A stretch of 63,304 nt of DNA, counting the filler, from Globobulimina sp. (lineage: Eukaryota), in the NCBI GenBank assembly GCA_003354225.1. It is 16 parts of 16 records of this genome, joined end to end, with 100 filler letters (N's around TTAATTAATTAA, not from the genome) between each part and the next. Parts side by side here need not be neighbours in the genome. Positions count along the whole stretch, not along the records: positions 43,609 to 47,468 come from PIVH01001977.1; positions 47,569 to 51,428 come from PIVH01001978.1; positions 51,529 to 55,387 come from PIVH01001979.1; positions 55,488 to 59,346 come from PIVH01001980.1; 12 more parts are not named here. One strand, given 5' to 3'. The position numbers were made by a program, and so were the translations under genes. Below are positions 46,160 to 57,468 of the stretch, piece after piece (the stretch's first letter is position 1; each line of letters begins with the position of its first letter). A model generated the notes under the pieces. The model did no database searches and was not told the DNA's origin. It saw nothing but the letters and a program-made list of their open reading frames with translations.

Positions 46160-47233
46160 CTAAGTCGATCCTGAATAAACTTTGATTGACATTATTTTAT
46201 CATTTTTAAACCCAAAATAATAAGCAGCATTGTTTTGTTGTTTATCACAATACCAAATGATTTGTACACTAATATCTCCATTCAACGCATAAAATCTTTG
46301 ATAAGATTCAGTTAAAAATGTTTCACATTTTAACATTCCATTTAAATAAAACATTTTAATGTGTTCATATCCTGTATTAATACCTTTATACGTTACAATC
46401 TGTGCATTTTCATCAAACACATTTACAATATTCTCAATATTTTTTGAAATGATAGCATCAAAATATATATCCAGTATTTTATCATTTGCAGATCTCGTGA
46501 TATCAATGGATTTGATAATATCAATTGTTTTTGCAGTCCAACCAATAATTTGTCCAATAATTCCTTTTTGATTTCTAATCATATCAAACACATTCAATCT
46601 AAATTCAGACATATAACTCGCAGTGGCATCAGTCAATAATATCGATGTATATCCTCTGTCATTTGCTTCTCTCATTGTTGTTTGTACACAAACTTCTGTT
46701 GTAACACCAGTAAATATTAAATGTGTGATGCAATTATTTTGCAAATATTCATTTAAATCTGTATTATAAAATGACCCTTTACCAGGTTTATATATTAGTT
46801 TTTCATTTGGCAATGGTCTTAATTCATCGATAATATCTGTATTATATTCATTACGAACCATTATTCTTCCAATTTGATTGGGTCCTTCATCTCCAATATT
46901 CCATTCTGATGTTATTTTACGTTTTGTTGGAGGTAAATCAGATAAATCAGCTAAATGTGATTCCATTGTATGAATTATGTGCATATTATATTTTCTTGCA
47001 ATATCCAATATATTTCTTGCGGGCTGAATTGACCCACGAACGATTGATACATCATTTCCTAAGAATTCACCAAATCCTCCATGATCCATAAATCCTCGTT
47101 GAAAATCAATCAATATCAATGCTGTATGTTCAAGAGGAAATTTGAATTCGAAGGCTGAGGGAAGAGCATTTTCAACAGAAATCCATCTGTCTTCCGCGTG
47201 TACATAACAAAGAAGAACAAAAATCAATCGCAT
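46160..47233 (-). CDS. Isochorismatase-family cysteine hydrolase, biuret-hydrolase-like, with signal peptide and C-terminal SnoaL/NTF2-like domain
   Basis: LIDFQRGF..GGFG..LGND (Asp), KPGKGSF..TDL (Lys) and GVTTEVCVQTTMREANDRG (Cys). The tail YFDAI...NIENIVNVFDENA...G.E.IK.FY is SnoaL-like. Intronless. Confidence 0.85.
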   Translation of the reverse strand: MRLIFVLLCYVHAEDRWISVENALPSAFEFKFPLEHTALILIDFQRGFMDHGGFGEFLGNDVSIVRGSIQPARNILDIARKYNMHIIHTMESHLADLSDLPPTKRKITSEWNIGDEGPNQIGRIMVRNEYNTDIIDELRPLPNEKLIYKPGKGSFYNTDLNEYLQNNCITHLIFTGVTTEVCVQTTMREANDRGYTSILLTDATASYMSEFRLNVFDMIRNQKGIIGQIIGWTAKTIDIIKSIDITRSANDKILDIYFDAIISKNIENIVNVFDENAQIVTYKGINTGYEHIKMFYLNGMLKCETFLTESYQRFYALNGDISVQIIWYCDKQQNNAAYYFGFKNDKIMSIKVYSGST

Positions 47234-47568
47234 AGTTTAAGCTACAAGATTTTCAGTCATACACGAAATACCAATGGAGTCATGGTCTAAATATGGTATT
47301 ATTCCGCCAGTATCTGCAAATAATAAATATCATGAATTTAAAAAATATGTTATCTCTGAAATAAATTCAATAAAAAAATCCATTCCTTGTAATAATAATA
47401 ATAATCACAATCATAATCATACTCATAATAAATCAGAAATACCAGATTCAGAATATGTTAAATATTGGNNNNNNNNNNNNNNNNNNNNNNNNNNNNNNNN
47501 NNNNNNNNNNNNTTAATTAATTAANNNNNNNNNNNNNNNNNNNNNNNNNNNNNNNNNNNNNNNNNNNN

Positions 47569-47760
47569 GGGATTTAAAAACCACCACCACTCCCATTGAT
47601 CCGGGCCAGTATCCAACTCTCCTTTATCAGTGATATAATTTTTTTCAACACCATCCACCTTGAATGAGGTTTTATACTCTTTGTTTTCGTTCTTCGCGCT
47701 TGAACAACCAATGGCAAATACTGAAATACACATCAAGATAATGGTCAGTGTTTTTTTCAT
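47569..47760 (-). CDS. Bacterial-style lipoprotein N-terminal fragment
   Basis: MKKTLTIILMCISVFAIG-C lipobox-type signal; the frame runs off the contig. Confidence 0.45.
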
Positions 47761-47777
47761 GAATGTAAACTTGGACA

Positions 47778-49410
47778 ATGGCAATAATTATGCTTATCAG
47801 TGTCTACACATTACCACCAATATTTCCTCCAGTAACCTTGCAAACAGTCACTCAAATGGCACAATCACCATTGGTCCCATTAATCCAAAATCTACCCGTT
47901 CCAGCTGCCAAGTTGTTAGCTTATAATCCAGCTGCACCCAAAGGTGAACCATATCATCATCCACCATCTTTCTGCAACTTTACTATCGATAATCAGAGAA
48001 ACGATTCCAACATCACGTACTACAACAACTTCCCAAACCATATAACCATTCAACAACTAATCGCCAAACGATCAGAACCAATTGAAAACATTCCAATGTG
48101 TCCTAATGCAGATATTACAAACTACAATCAACACAAAAACATATTATCCAAATTACCTAACAATCTCATCCCATACACCAACCGTTGTAAAATCAATGCC
48201 ATCGGTCGTGGCAAACGCCAATTCGGTGGCTTATTAAGTGGCGACCCATTGGCACCACATTTATCGACACAAATAGGTTTCCTCCATGTTTACAAAGCAG
48301 GTCTGCAATATTACTATTTGTGTATGATATGTTGTCACATTTGTTCTATCAAACAACTCCATTCCAAACGCAAAAGGTGGCACCACAGTGAGAGATACTA
48401 TGAACAATATCTTACCAGGTCTTAGCAGCACAAACTGGCGGCGTTACTATCGTTATCACATCCGAGAGTTTATGAGTCATTTGTTCATGTTCGCTCACGT
48501 TCGAGATCCAATCACCAGGGCCATATCTTCATATTTTGAGCTGCACAGAAGAAATCAAACAAATTTAGTCAAAAACCATATGGTTTGTGCAGTATATCTG
48601 TTTTGTTTTGTGATATTTAATTTGTTGTTGGAACAGATTGGAATTGAATCATTTCGATATTTGCTCGCAATGATGTCAAACAGAATGGATTGTTCCTTGG
48701 CAAATAAGGATAAGATGCATAAAATGCAGGATTATACAGTTGGGGATATATTTTTTAATATGCATATAATGCCACAAATGTATTTTTTAACGGAAGCTGC
48801 CAATCCATGGAGAGTTTGGCCACTTAATTATGTGGGAAATATGAGCCAATTATTTGAGAGTACATTTGAAATTTTGTACCATTTTTACTGGAATACTAGC
48901 GATTATCTGCAGTTTAAGAATAAGACAGTGCGGTTAGGTTATGACGAAGCGCTGGAAATGTTTAACAAACAGTATCATCATGGTCGGGATCGACATAATG
49001 ACAAATATCTGGATGGAGCTCTCGGGGAAAGGAGAGGGCGACTCGTTAGGGACAAGGCATTGTTATATCAGCTGGAGATGCAGGATTTAAGTGATGAGGA
49101 TATCCGACAAATTTGTGATATATATTGGATGGATTATATTTGTATTCCTTTTCCGGTTCCATCGGCGTGTAATTTGACTGCGTTGTTGTTGCGACATTAT
49201 GGCGATGATGTTGTGTATAGGGATTGTTGGGAGTATAATACTCAAGAATGGGACCAGCAATTTGCGTCTGAGTATAAGGATAAGCCGAGAAACAATAACC
49301 GATGGAATCAGGTGATTCGACGAGGGCCGAGTCAACAGACAAAGCGTGCAGTGAGGAACAGAAATTACAGAATGGGAAGCAAGCAATTTGGAATGAAATT
49401 TGGGCACTGA
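47778..49410 (+). CDS. Carbohydrate sulfotransferase (Sulfotransfer_2-like); introns 48301-48376 and 48583-48636
   Basis: Spliced 5'-PSB motif FLHVYKAGGTT, 3'-PB motif VRDPITRAISSY, HIMPQ and ICDIYWMDY. Confidence 0.85.
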
Positions 49411-49641
49411 TTCTGTGATTGTGAGTTGTAGTTTTAGTAATTTAGTTTTATGATAATATTTTTCACCACTTTCAAATTCTTTTTATTTGGGCCGCCTTTG
49501 ATTTTTGAAACATTACTTTGTTGATCATCATTCATGGCTAGTTCTCAAGTGATTTGTGATACAATAGGAGGTGGAGAAGCAGATCAAAAAGATCATCGTT
49601 ATGCTCTGTAGCAATATGATAAATTCATAAGTAACTTCTGT

Positions 49642-50257
49642 TTGCACACAGAAGTCAATCAAGGGAAGGAAAACTGGAAGAAAATAATACATTTGGATTT
49701 TGTCGAATTTCATAAAGAAATCGATGCGAAAAAAAGTTTATTTTATGAGCATATATTACATCTATGTGATGATGAAAAAACCAATGAAAATACATTCATT
49801 GAATTTGGGAAAACTGAATCTATGATAAAAAAGGTATAATTTGTTGAGTTTCAATATTTACCAGAAACAAACAATGATTACGTTATAAACAAATATTAAT
49901 TAGAAATTTTTAAAAGCTATCACTGACATATTGGATCCTAACTGTTTCCATGATATGGCCAATGATGATAATGGTGCAGTAATAAGAAAACAAAGTGACT
50001 TTTATTGTTTTGGATGCAAAGCATTTCAAAAAAACAAAGATTTATTTGAATTTGGAAATTGTGGATGCAGAGCATGTCGTAATTGCACGTATCAATATAT
50101 TACTGGACAAATGCAGAGCCATCGTTGTCCGATGATTTGTTTTGTTTGTAATATAAAGCAAATTAATCCAAGTGATATTCAAATATTTGGATTTGATTAT
50201 TTTGATATGGGACTCTATAGGAAATATGTCCACAGAAGTAAAAGAATGCGAAAATGA
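49642..50257 (+). CDS. Small RING-finger protein (intron ~49834-49903; start uncertain)
   Basis: CFGC...CGCRACRNC...CFVC. Confidence 0.5.
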
Positions 50258-50613
50258 GAAAAAAACTCAGAAAGAATCCATAAATAAATGCAGAAACCAT
50301 CTCATATTTTTTCAAAATATCTATGAATTGAACATAATCTATACTGTATAGCATGGAATGATAGTAATCAACTTCATGCATTATTATCTTGTGTTCAACC
50401 AAAAAACTATAGCTAAACTAATATTAGTTAATTTAGTTTAGTATTAATAATATAAACTGTTGATTGAATCTGTTGTTAATTATCAAAGTGTTTAAATTGA
50501 GACTGTTAAAAATGTTCAATCACAAAAAACTATAAACCTCAAACTAGAAACACTACCAGAAGAACAACAACACGTGAAAAAATAAATGAATTGTATAAAG
50601 CATACACTCAGTA

Positions 50614-50687
50614 AGTATACCGGTGAAACAAAAACAGTGTTTTGTTAATTGTTATATGTTGTTTTATTATGTTTTCACCGGTATACT
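50614..50687. repeat. Miniature inverted-repeat element (15-bp perfect arms)
   Basis: AGTATACCGGTGAAA at 50614-50628 and its reverse complement at 50673-50687. Confidence 0.7.
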
Positions 50688-50909
50688 GAAGGCACATGAG
50701 ATCTATATATGGTTTGGATCCAACAAAAAAATATTTTATAAATTAATGTGTACAAAATAAATATAAATGGAAAGTAAAATTCAATATATTTTTTAGAAAT
50801 ACGTGAATTAAATTAATGTACGTGAAAAGTAAAACAGATGTCAGCAAACAATACATTGTGACATTCAAAAAACACGTTCATTAATTCGTTTAGATATTAT
50901 TATCATGAA

Positions 50910-51428
50910 TTATTTAATTGTATTACTTGGCGAATGTTGCGATATTGTTGATATTGTTGATATTGTTGTTATGGTTAACACTGAATTTTGCATTTTTCTT
51001 CTTTCCTCATAGACGATGGCACCAATCAACAGAAAACTTCCTATTATTTGGCATACATTCCATACAGCATTGTGATTGAAATGATGCCAAAATGGACATG
51101 TTTCTGCAGTCGATATGTTGCATGATTTCCGGAATACAAATTGTGTGATAATGCCCGATGTGATCATAATAACAGCATATACAGTAAATAACCATGCAAT
51201 GGATAAGTACTTACAGTGACGTTGCAAGCCATCAACAACAGAATGTATCATCAAATACAAGCATCCCAGCAACAACAAAGCACTGTTTGATCGAGATTCA
51301 GATTCCCAAACAACAAAATCATAAACTAACGAAATGACACACAACATTAAGACCAATGTAAAATAGATCAAATATTTTCTTTCATTTGCCAATGTACAAC
51401 AAAATGCAGATAATTCCCAAATTGGTCC
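50910..51428 (-). CDS. Polytopic membrane protein fragment (DUF6962/CREST-like), 5' truncated
   Basis: Four TM segments and an FNHNAVW motif. Confidence 0.5.
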   Translation of the reverse strand, partial: GPIWELSAFCCTLANERKYLIYFTLVLMLCVISLVYDFVVWESESRSNSALLLLGCLYLMIHSVVDGLQRHCKYLSIAWLFTVYAVIMITSGIITQFVFRKSCNISTAETCPFWHHFNHNAVWNVCQIIGSFLLIGAIVYEERRKMQNSVLTITTISTISTISQHSPSNTIK

Positions 51429-51528
51429 NNNNNNNNNNNNNNNNNNNNNNNNNNNNNNNNNNNNNNNNNNNNTTAATTAATTAANNNNNNNNNNNNNNNN
51501 NNNNNNNNNNNNNNNNNNNNNNNNNNNN

Positions 51529-52291
51529 ACAAACCTGCACAGTTTACTGCAAATCCAGGTTTTGGATCGGTAATTGTGATCGTAGCACCTTCACATGATT
51601 TATCACCTTGGCAATCAAGAATGGAGACATGATCAGCAATTATTTCAGCCCCACGACAGGATTCCACGCCTTGGCAATATATACTTGCTCCCGGTACAGA
51701 GGCGTCAGGGTCGCCAGAGACTTGTATGTCGCGCACACCGTAGGCACCAGATTCGCCAAATACTACTTCATTGCATGGAACACCGTGTTTTCCACATTGT
51801 ATAGAAGAACACATACAACATTCTGCCGTTTGCTCACAAAAAAGAGAATCACCATCCATTGTTGCAATGTTTGTGTTTGATGGACATTTGGTGGATTGCT
51901 GGATTGCTGCTAATGGACATAATTGATGGTGTGCGCCATAAACATATCCTTCTGGAACTGCTGCAGGTGGCTGTCCCGCAGGTGGTTGTGGCACATGTGG
52001 TTGGGTCACAACTGGCAAAGGTGGTATTACTACCACTGGTTGTGTAGGGACTATAGGTGGTTGTGGTTGTGTTACAACTGGTAAAGGTGGCTGTGTTACA
52101 ACCGGCAAAGTTGGTATTACGACCACCGGTGGTGTGGTGACTACCGGTGGGGGGATAGATGGGATTGATGGTACAATCGGCGTAAAGTCTGTAGGTATTG
52201 GTACGTAATATGGTGTTTGAAGTAACATTCTGCTGTTTCCTGCGGATAACTCATATATTGTAAACAAAGTGACTAATATTTTTTTAATCAT
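51529..52291 (-). CDS. Secreted Pro/Val/Thr-rich protein with C-x-G-x2-SC repeats, 3' truncated
   Basis: Signal peptide, (L)PVVTQP repeats, then CQGVESC and CQGDKSC. Confidence 0.7.
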
Positions 52292-52460
52292 GACGTATAA
52301 TTGTTGTTTGGCTTGATGACGAGAATATTAATTGAACTGTAGAAGTATAGGTAGGATGTGAAGTTGGTGAAGATAGTATTATTACAGAAAACTTTCTACA
52401 AAAACTAGTTTTGAGAATTGAGTTTTAAATTTAATTTCGTACGTTATAAAGCACATGAGA

Positions 52461-53819
52461 TCACAATAGTTGTTGTTGGACCTTTTTATTTACGAATTTC
52501 ACTTTGATATTGTACAAGCATAGTACACAAAGCAAAAAAGCCACAACACTGATTGATATAATAATGATTTGGAAATCATTCAATCCTTTTGTATCTCCTC
52601 CCGATGGTGCTACCGTAGGGTTAATACTATCATTCTTTTTGCTTATTACAACCAAATACTGTTCCTCATTTACAACAGCAATATAATCCTCACTTTCCAC
52701 AGTAATTACATATCCAATAGCTTTTCTCGTATCATTTGTAGTATTTGAAACATTCCGTTCATAAATTAACTCAATTTCTGGTGTCTTACTCAAACATGTT
52801 CCATCCAATGGCACATTGCTATAATTTTGTAACACATCCAAATCATCGGTAAAATTAGTACCAACCCCAATCTTTGGGTCATTAGTATCTAAAATAAATG
52901 CAAACTCCGCATTAAAAACACCCATTGCCATCTCCCTTACACTCCATTCATCATAATACACAAAAGCACAGTGCACTGCAGCTGATGATTGACCATCACC
53001 GCAAAACTGTAATATCCCCCATCTGCTGGGAACATGCATATTGACCACATGCTGTGTGCTCCAAACCCAATTATCTTCAGAAACACCTGCTATTTTACGG
53101 TAGTTATAATTTTGTACAATAACATGCCATTCAACGCGGCTAAAATTAATTCTCCAAAACAAAGTATTATCCGTTGGATGAGAATATGTCTGATTTTCTA
53201 AAATTGTGTCAATTGGAAACTGTATTTCAACGCTCCAATAAGAATTTTTAACCCTCGGATTGTTGACTTGTCCGTCTATGAATGTTGCACATTTTAATAA
53301 TGGTTTCATAGTCCAACCACTCTCTGGATATCTTCGCGTCGAGTTTTCATTCCCGCCAACAGAATATGGTCTGTTCAAGCTTAGCATCCATGTTTTATTC
53401 AGAGCATTCATTTCAAATTCTTTGTAATAACAATTACAACCGTTTGGATCGAAAAATACTTCAATATCATTGTCATGAAATATTATCATATCATCGTATG
53501 TGTAATTCGCCCATATTTGACTTTCCATTAAAATGGCACCAATGTATATGAAATTATCATCCCAGCGCATTTTAATTCTAGTGTCATAACGAGGTATGAC
53601 CTCATTTTCAATGTCAATGAAGTCATCACTGAATTGCATTTCTCCCCATGCTTCATCATCTAATTTTCCATCGAAGATAATTGCCTGATCTGGTCGTAAT
53701 TTTGTTGCGATGTATTGTTTTGGATATGTGTCAGCAAATGAACAGTCAAATTCTTGGCTCGTCATAAGTCTCACACAGGAAAACAGTACAATTGACATGA
53801 TCATGATTTCACAGTACAT
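52461..53819 (-). CDS. CBM9-like (DOMON-type) carbohydrate-binding type I membrane protein
   Basis: DGKLDDEAW, KMRWDD..YIGA, FHDNDIEVF.DP, YKEFEMNA, WRINFSRVEW, DNWVWS and MHVPSRWG, plus a signal peptide and a C-terminal TM. Confidence 0.82.
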   Translation of the reverse strand: MYCEIMIMSIVLFSCVRLMTSQEFDCSFADTYPKQYIATKLRPDQAIIFDGKLDDEAWGEMQFSDDFIDIENEVIPRYDTRIKMRWDDNFIYIGAILMESQIWANYTYDDMIIFHDNDIEVFFDPNGCNCYYKEFEMNALNKTWMLSLNRPYSVGGNENSTRRYPESGWTMKPLLKCATFIDGQVNNPRVKNSYWSVEIQFPIDTILENQTYSHPTDNTLFWRINFSRVEWHVIVQNYNYRKIAGVSEDNWVWSTQHVVNMHVPSRWGILQFCGDGQSSAAVHCAFVYYDEWSVREMAMGVFNAEFAFILDTNDPKIGVGTNFTDDLDVLQNYSNVPLDGTCLSKTPEIELIYERNVSNTTNDTRKAIGYVITVESEDYIAVVNEEQYLVVISKKNDSINPTVAPSGGDTKGLNDFQIIIISISVVAFLLCVLCLYNIKVKFVNKKVQQQLL

Positions 53820-53889
53820 TTCACACCGAAAACTTTAATAACTGACATTGAGCCAAAACAATACTCACTTCACAGTTCATATACACAAA

Positions 53890-55387
53890 ATGAAAGATAT
53901 TCCTCCAAATCATTACCGTTCACACCTATCACGAAGAATCAACAACCCACAAATTTATAAAGATGAGGATCTAGAATACAACGTGAATATCAATGTGGTG
54001 GATCCAGAAGCACAGCAATTATATCCCGATGAGAAATACATCAAAGGATTAACGAATACCACGCTTGCTTCCAATTCATTCATCACTGATTCTACGCGCA
54101 CATTAATTAAAAAAGTGAGCCATCAATTTGATCAATTTGCATATACATTGATGTTATTTGGACTCATTGCTTTATTCATTGGATTCTTTGTTCTTTCATG
54201 TATGTCACACTCAATATACACATCATACGCACCCACAATGCAAGTGCGAGGATAAAACAATTTACACCAAACACAACAAAACACATCAAAAAAGGGTCAG
54301 GAATATTCGTCACAACCTTCGCTATTCTGGCCTGTTTGGGCTCCTTTTGGTATTGTTCACAAACAGTGCGATGGATCATGAGCAAACCGCGTGGCACTAC
54401 AGACATGCAAATCATTGCCGAGTACATCAAAGAAGGCAGTGAATCATACTTAAAGACGCAATACAAAACTATTTCCATCGTAGCGGTGGTCACTGCCATC
54501 GGATTAATGCTAATCTACTTATTTCGAGGCTCAATGTCTGGGCAATTCTCGTCTGGCTCATTAGCCATTGTCACTGCCATATCATTCTTAATTGGCGCGT
54601 TTTGCAGTGCTGTCGCTGGCTATACAGGTCCTTACATACAGCATACAATATATGTGTAATTGCACTGCTTTGCAAATAAACAGGTGTATGGATCTCTGTA
54701 CGATGCAATTTGCGCGTTGCCGCAGCAGCAGCACAACACGATTACATCCACGCCTTTTTATTAGCATTCCGTGGCGGCGCTGTCTCGGCCATCGTATCTG
54801 CAGCAATGTGCATCTTAGGCATCGCTACTTTATACATCATCTGTACCCTAATCTTCGTGCGTTGGATGGGCGTCAACCCGACGGAGATCCCGCTGTTACT
54901 CGGTGGCTATGGCTTTGGTGCTTCCTTTGTGGCTCTGTTCATGCAATTGGGCGGCGGCATATACACTAAAGCGGCCGATGTGGGCGCGGATATGTGCGGG
55001 AAAATAGAACAAGGAATCCCGGAGGACGACCCTCGAAATCCTGCAGTGATCGCAGATTTAGTTGGAGATAATGTCGGTGACTGCGCAGGGAGTATGGCGG
55101 ACGTCTTCGAGTCGATTGCCGCAGAAATGATTGGTACTATGATCTTAGGCGCCACCTTGGCCTCCACCACCGGCATGGAAGCCTCCTCGCAGCAGTTATA
55201 TATATTCTTCCCTCTCATCGTACACTCGTTGGACCTGATTGTGAGTATCATCGGCATCTCTCTGACCGTTCCTCGCAGCAACACTGAAGACGCCATCGTG
55301 CCGATGAAGAGAGGGTATACCTACGCCTTGATATTGGCCATCATATTGTTCAGCATTGCCTGACGCCTAATGTTGGACACCGACATC
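53890..55387 (+). CDS. Membrane H+-translocating pyrophosphatase (AVP2/type II-like), 3' truncated; introns 54200-54294, 54628-54683; in-frame TGA at 55361
   Basis: GGGIYTKAADVGAD and EDDPRNPAVIADLVGDNVGDCAG..ADVFES. Confidence 0.93.
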
Positions 55388-55487
55388 NNNNNNNNNNNNN
55401 NNNNNNNNNNNNNNNNNNNNNNNNNNNNNNNTTAATTAATTAANNNNNNNNNNNNNNNNNNNNNNNNNNNNNNNNNNNNNNNNNNNN

Positions 55488-56619
55488 GGGCGCCGCTGAT
55501 CCAATTTCGGGACAAACGAGCATATTGGAGATAGCCAGAGCTTTTGGTAAAATTGTCGAGGATGGCTGGAGGCCAAAGAGAAATATAATGTTTGCCAGTT
55601 GGGATGCTGAGGTACTGTGTGCTGTTAATGTTTTGTGAATGGATATAAATGTTATTGTACAATTTGTATATATATAGGAACAATCATTGATTGGTTCCAC
55701 TATTTTTACAGAAGTTGAAGAGGAAACGGTTGAATCCAGCATTATATCATATTTTAATATGGATACCAGTGTAAGTGGGCCATACTTTAATATAGCAGCT
55801 GATCCATTGATTGCTGGTTTGGTGCTTCAAGAAATGAAGAAAATAGCTGAGCCATATGGAGCAAATGATGATGAAACATTGTACAGTGTTTGGAAACAAC
55901 GTTTATTTGCAGATACCATTGATGAGGATGTTTTTCTTGGTATTTTAGGATCTGGTTCGGATTTTGTACCATTTTATCATCATTATGGGATAGGGGGTAT
56001 TTCAGGTGGAATGAGTGGTGCTTATGGTACGTATCACAGTGTGTATGACAGTTTTGTTTATATGGAAATTGTTGATCCAGAATGGCAAAGATCGCGGGCT
56101 ATGGCTCAGTTGTACAGTTTAATCACATTCGAGATGGTGAATAATGATGTAATTCCATTTGATGTGGTTAATTTATATAAATCAATGATACGTTGGATTG
56201 ATGACATTGATGATATTGCACAGGAGAATGAATGTGATTGGAAAGGTATTGCGCCAATGGCTCATGAGAGCTTGTATCAAAGTGTTGATTTATTTGGCAG
56301 TCAAGCTGATGTTTTAGATGCGAGAATTAATTCACTTTCTGTGAATGATGAGAGTTATGAGCAAAATGTAATTAATTACAATCAAGTCTTGAAACTATTA
56401 ACACGACAATTTTTAATAAATGACGGGTTGCCGGCAAGAAAATATTTTAAAAATGTTTTAGTTGGTCCAAATATATTAAGTGGATATAGTGCCCATCCAT
56501 ATCCATACATTGTATATTCATTTCAATTCAACTGTACACAATTATATATACAAGAAACAGTACAACAAACTATCTCTCTTATTGACGATGCGACTGCTTT
56601 TATTCAATCTTTTTTATGA
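55488..56619 (+). CDS. M28B peptidase (glutamate carboxypeptidase II/transferrin-receptor-like), 5' truncated; intron 55612-55677
   Basis: [36 protein letters not shown] and GLP.R.YFKNV. Confidence 0.92.
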
Positions 56620-57468
56620 CTATTTTTTTTATTAACAATCAATAATAATTATGTATTATAAATTATAATACTTAATTAATAAATTTTTGTTTAGTTGTTT
56701 CTATGAATGATTTATAGTTTGGGCTGGCATTCAAACAAAGATATAGTTACTAGTACATAGATAAAAGCAAAGTATATCTAAATAAATGCGTATGCACGCA
56801 TTGACAACAAAAATTATCGCAACATGAGAATATATATATATAAGTTACAGACACATTGGCAACAACAAAATAATGATAAAACAAATACAAATATTAAAAT
56901 ATCTTATAATTATATAAAAAACACAAATAATACATTGTAAAATAAAAAGGATGATTGTGTTGTTGTATTCTAAAAATCTATTAACGAACAAAATATTCAT
57001 ATCCCATTTTTATGGAAACATAGTACCAAATAGCATGGGCAGCTCTTTTTAGCCTAACATACGATCAAAATTTGTAAACAAATTTGTATCGATTAATTAT
57101 GTTCAATCAGATTTCACGATCATCTCAGCGAATTTGAAAAAATATTATAAACCAATGTATAATTACTTGCAATAAATATATATAATTATTTGCCTATATA
57201 TATTCATTATAAATTTTATACAAAATAATTCGATGCATAATCATTTATTTTCTTAACTTAATATAATTTAATGTGATAATTGCCTTGATAATCCAAATAA
57301 TAATTTCACCTAAAAAACCAAAAGATTTTGTTTCAATGTGAGCTTAATGCTGGAATTTATAAATTAGCCACAATCTAATCAGTAGTTGCGAGAATAAGAA
57401 GGTTGAATTGTTTAGAAAAGGAATGTTTGAAGTGGTGAGTTTTTTAATTATGATCTAGTTAGAGTCTA

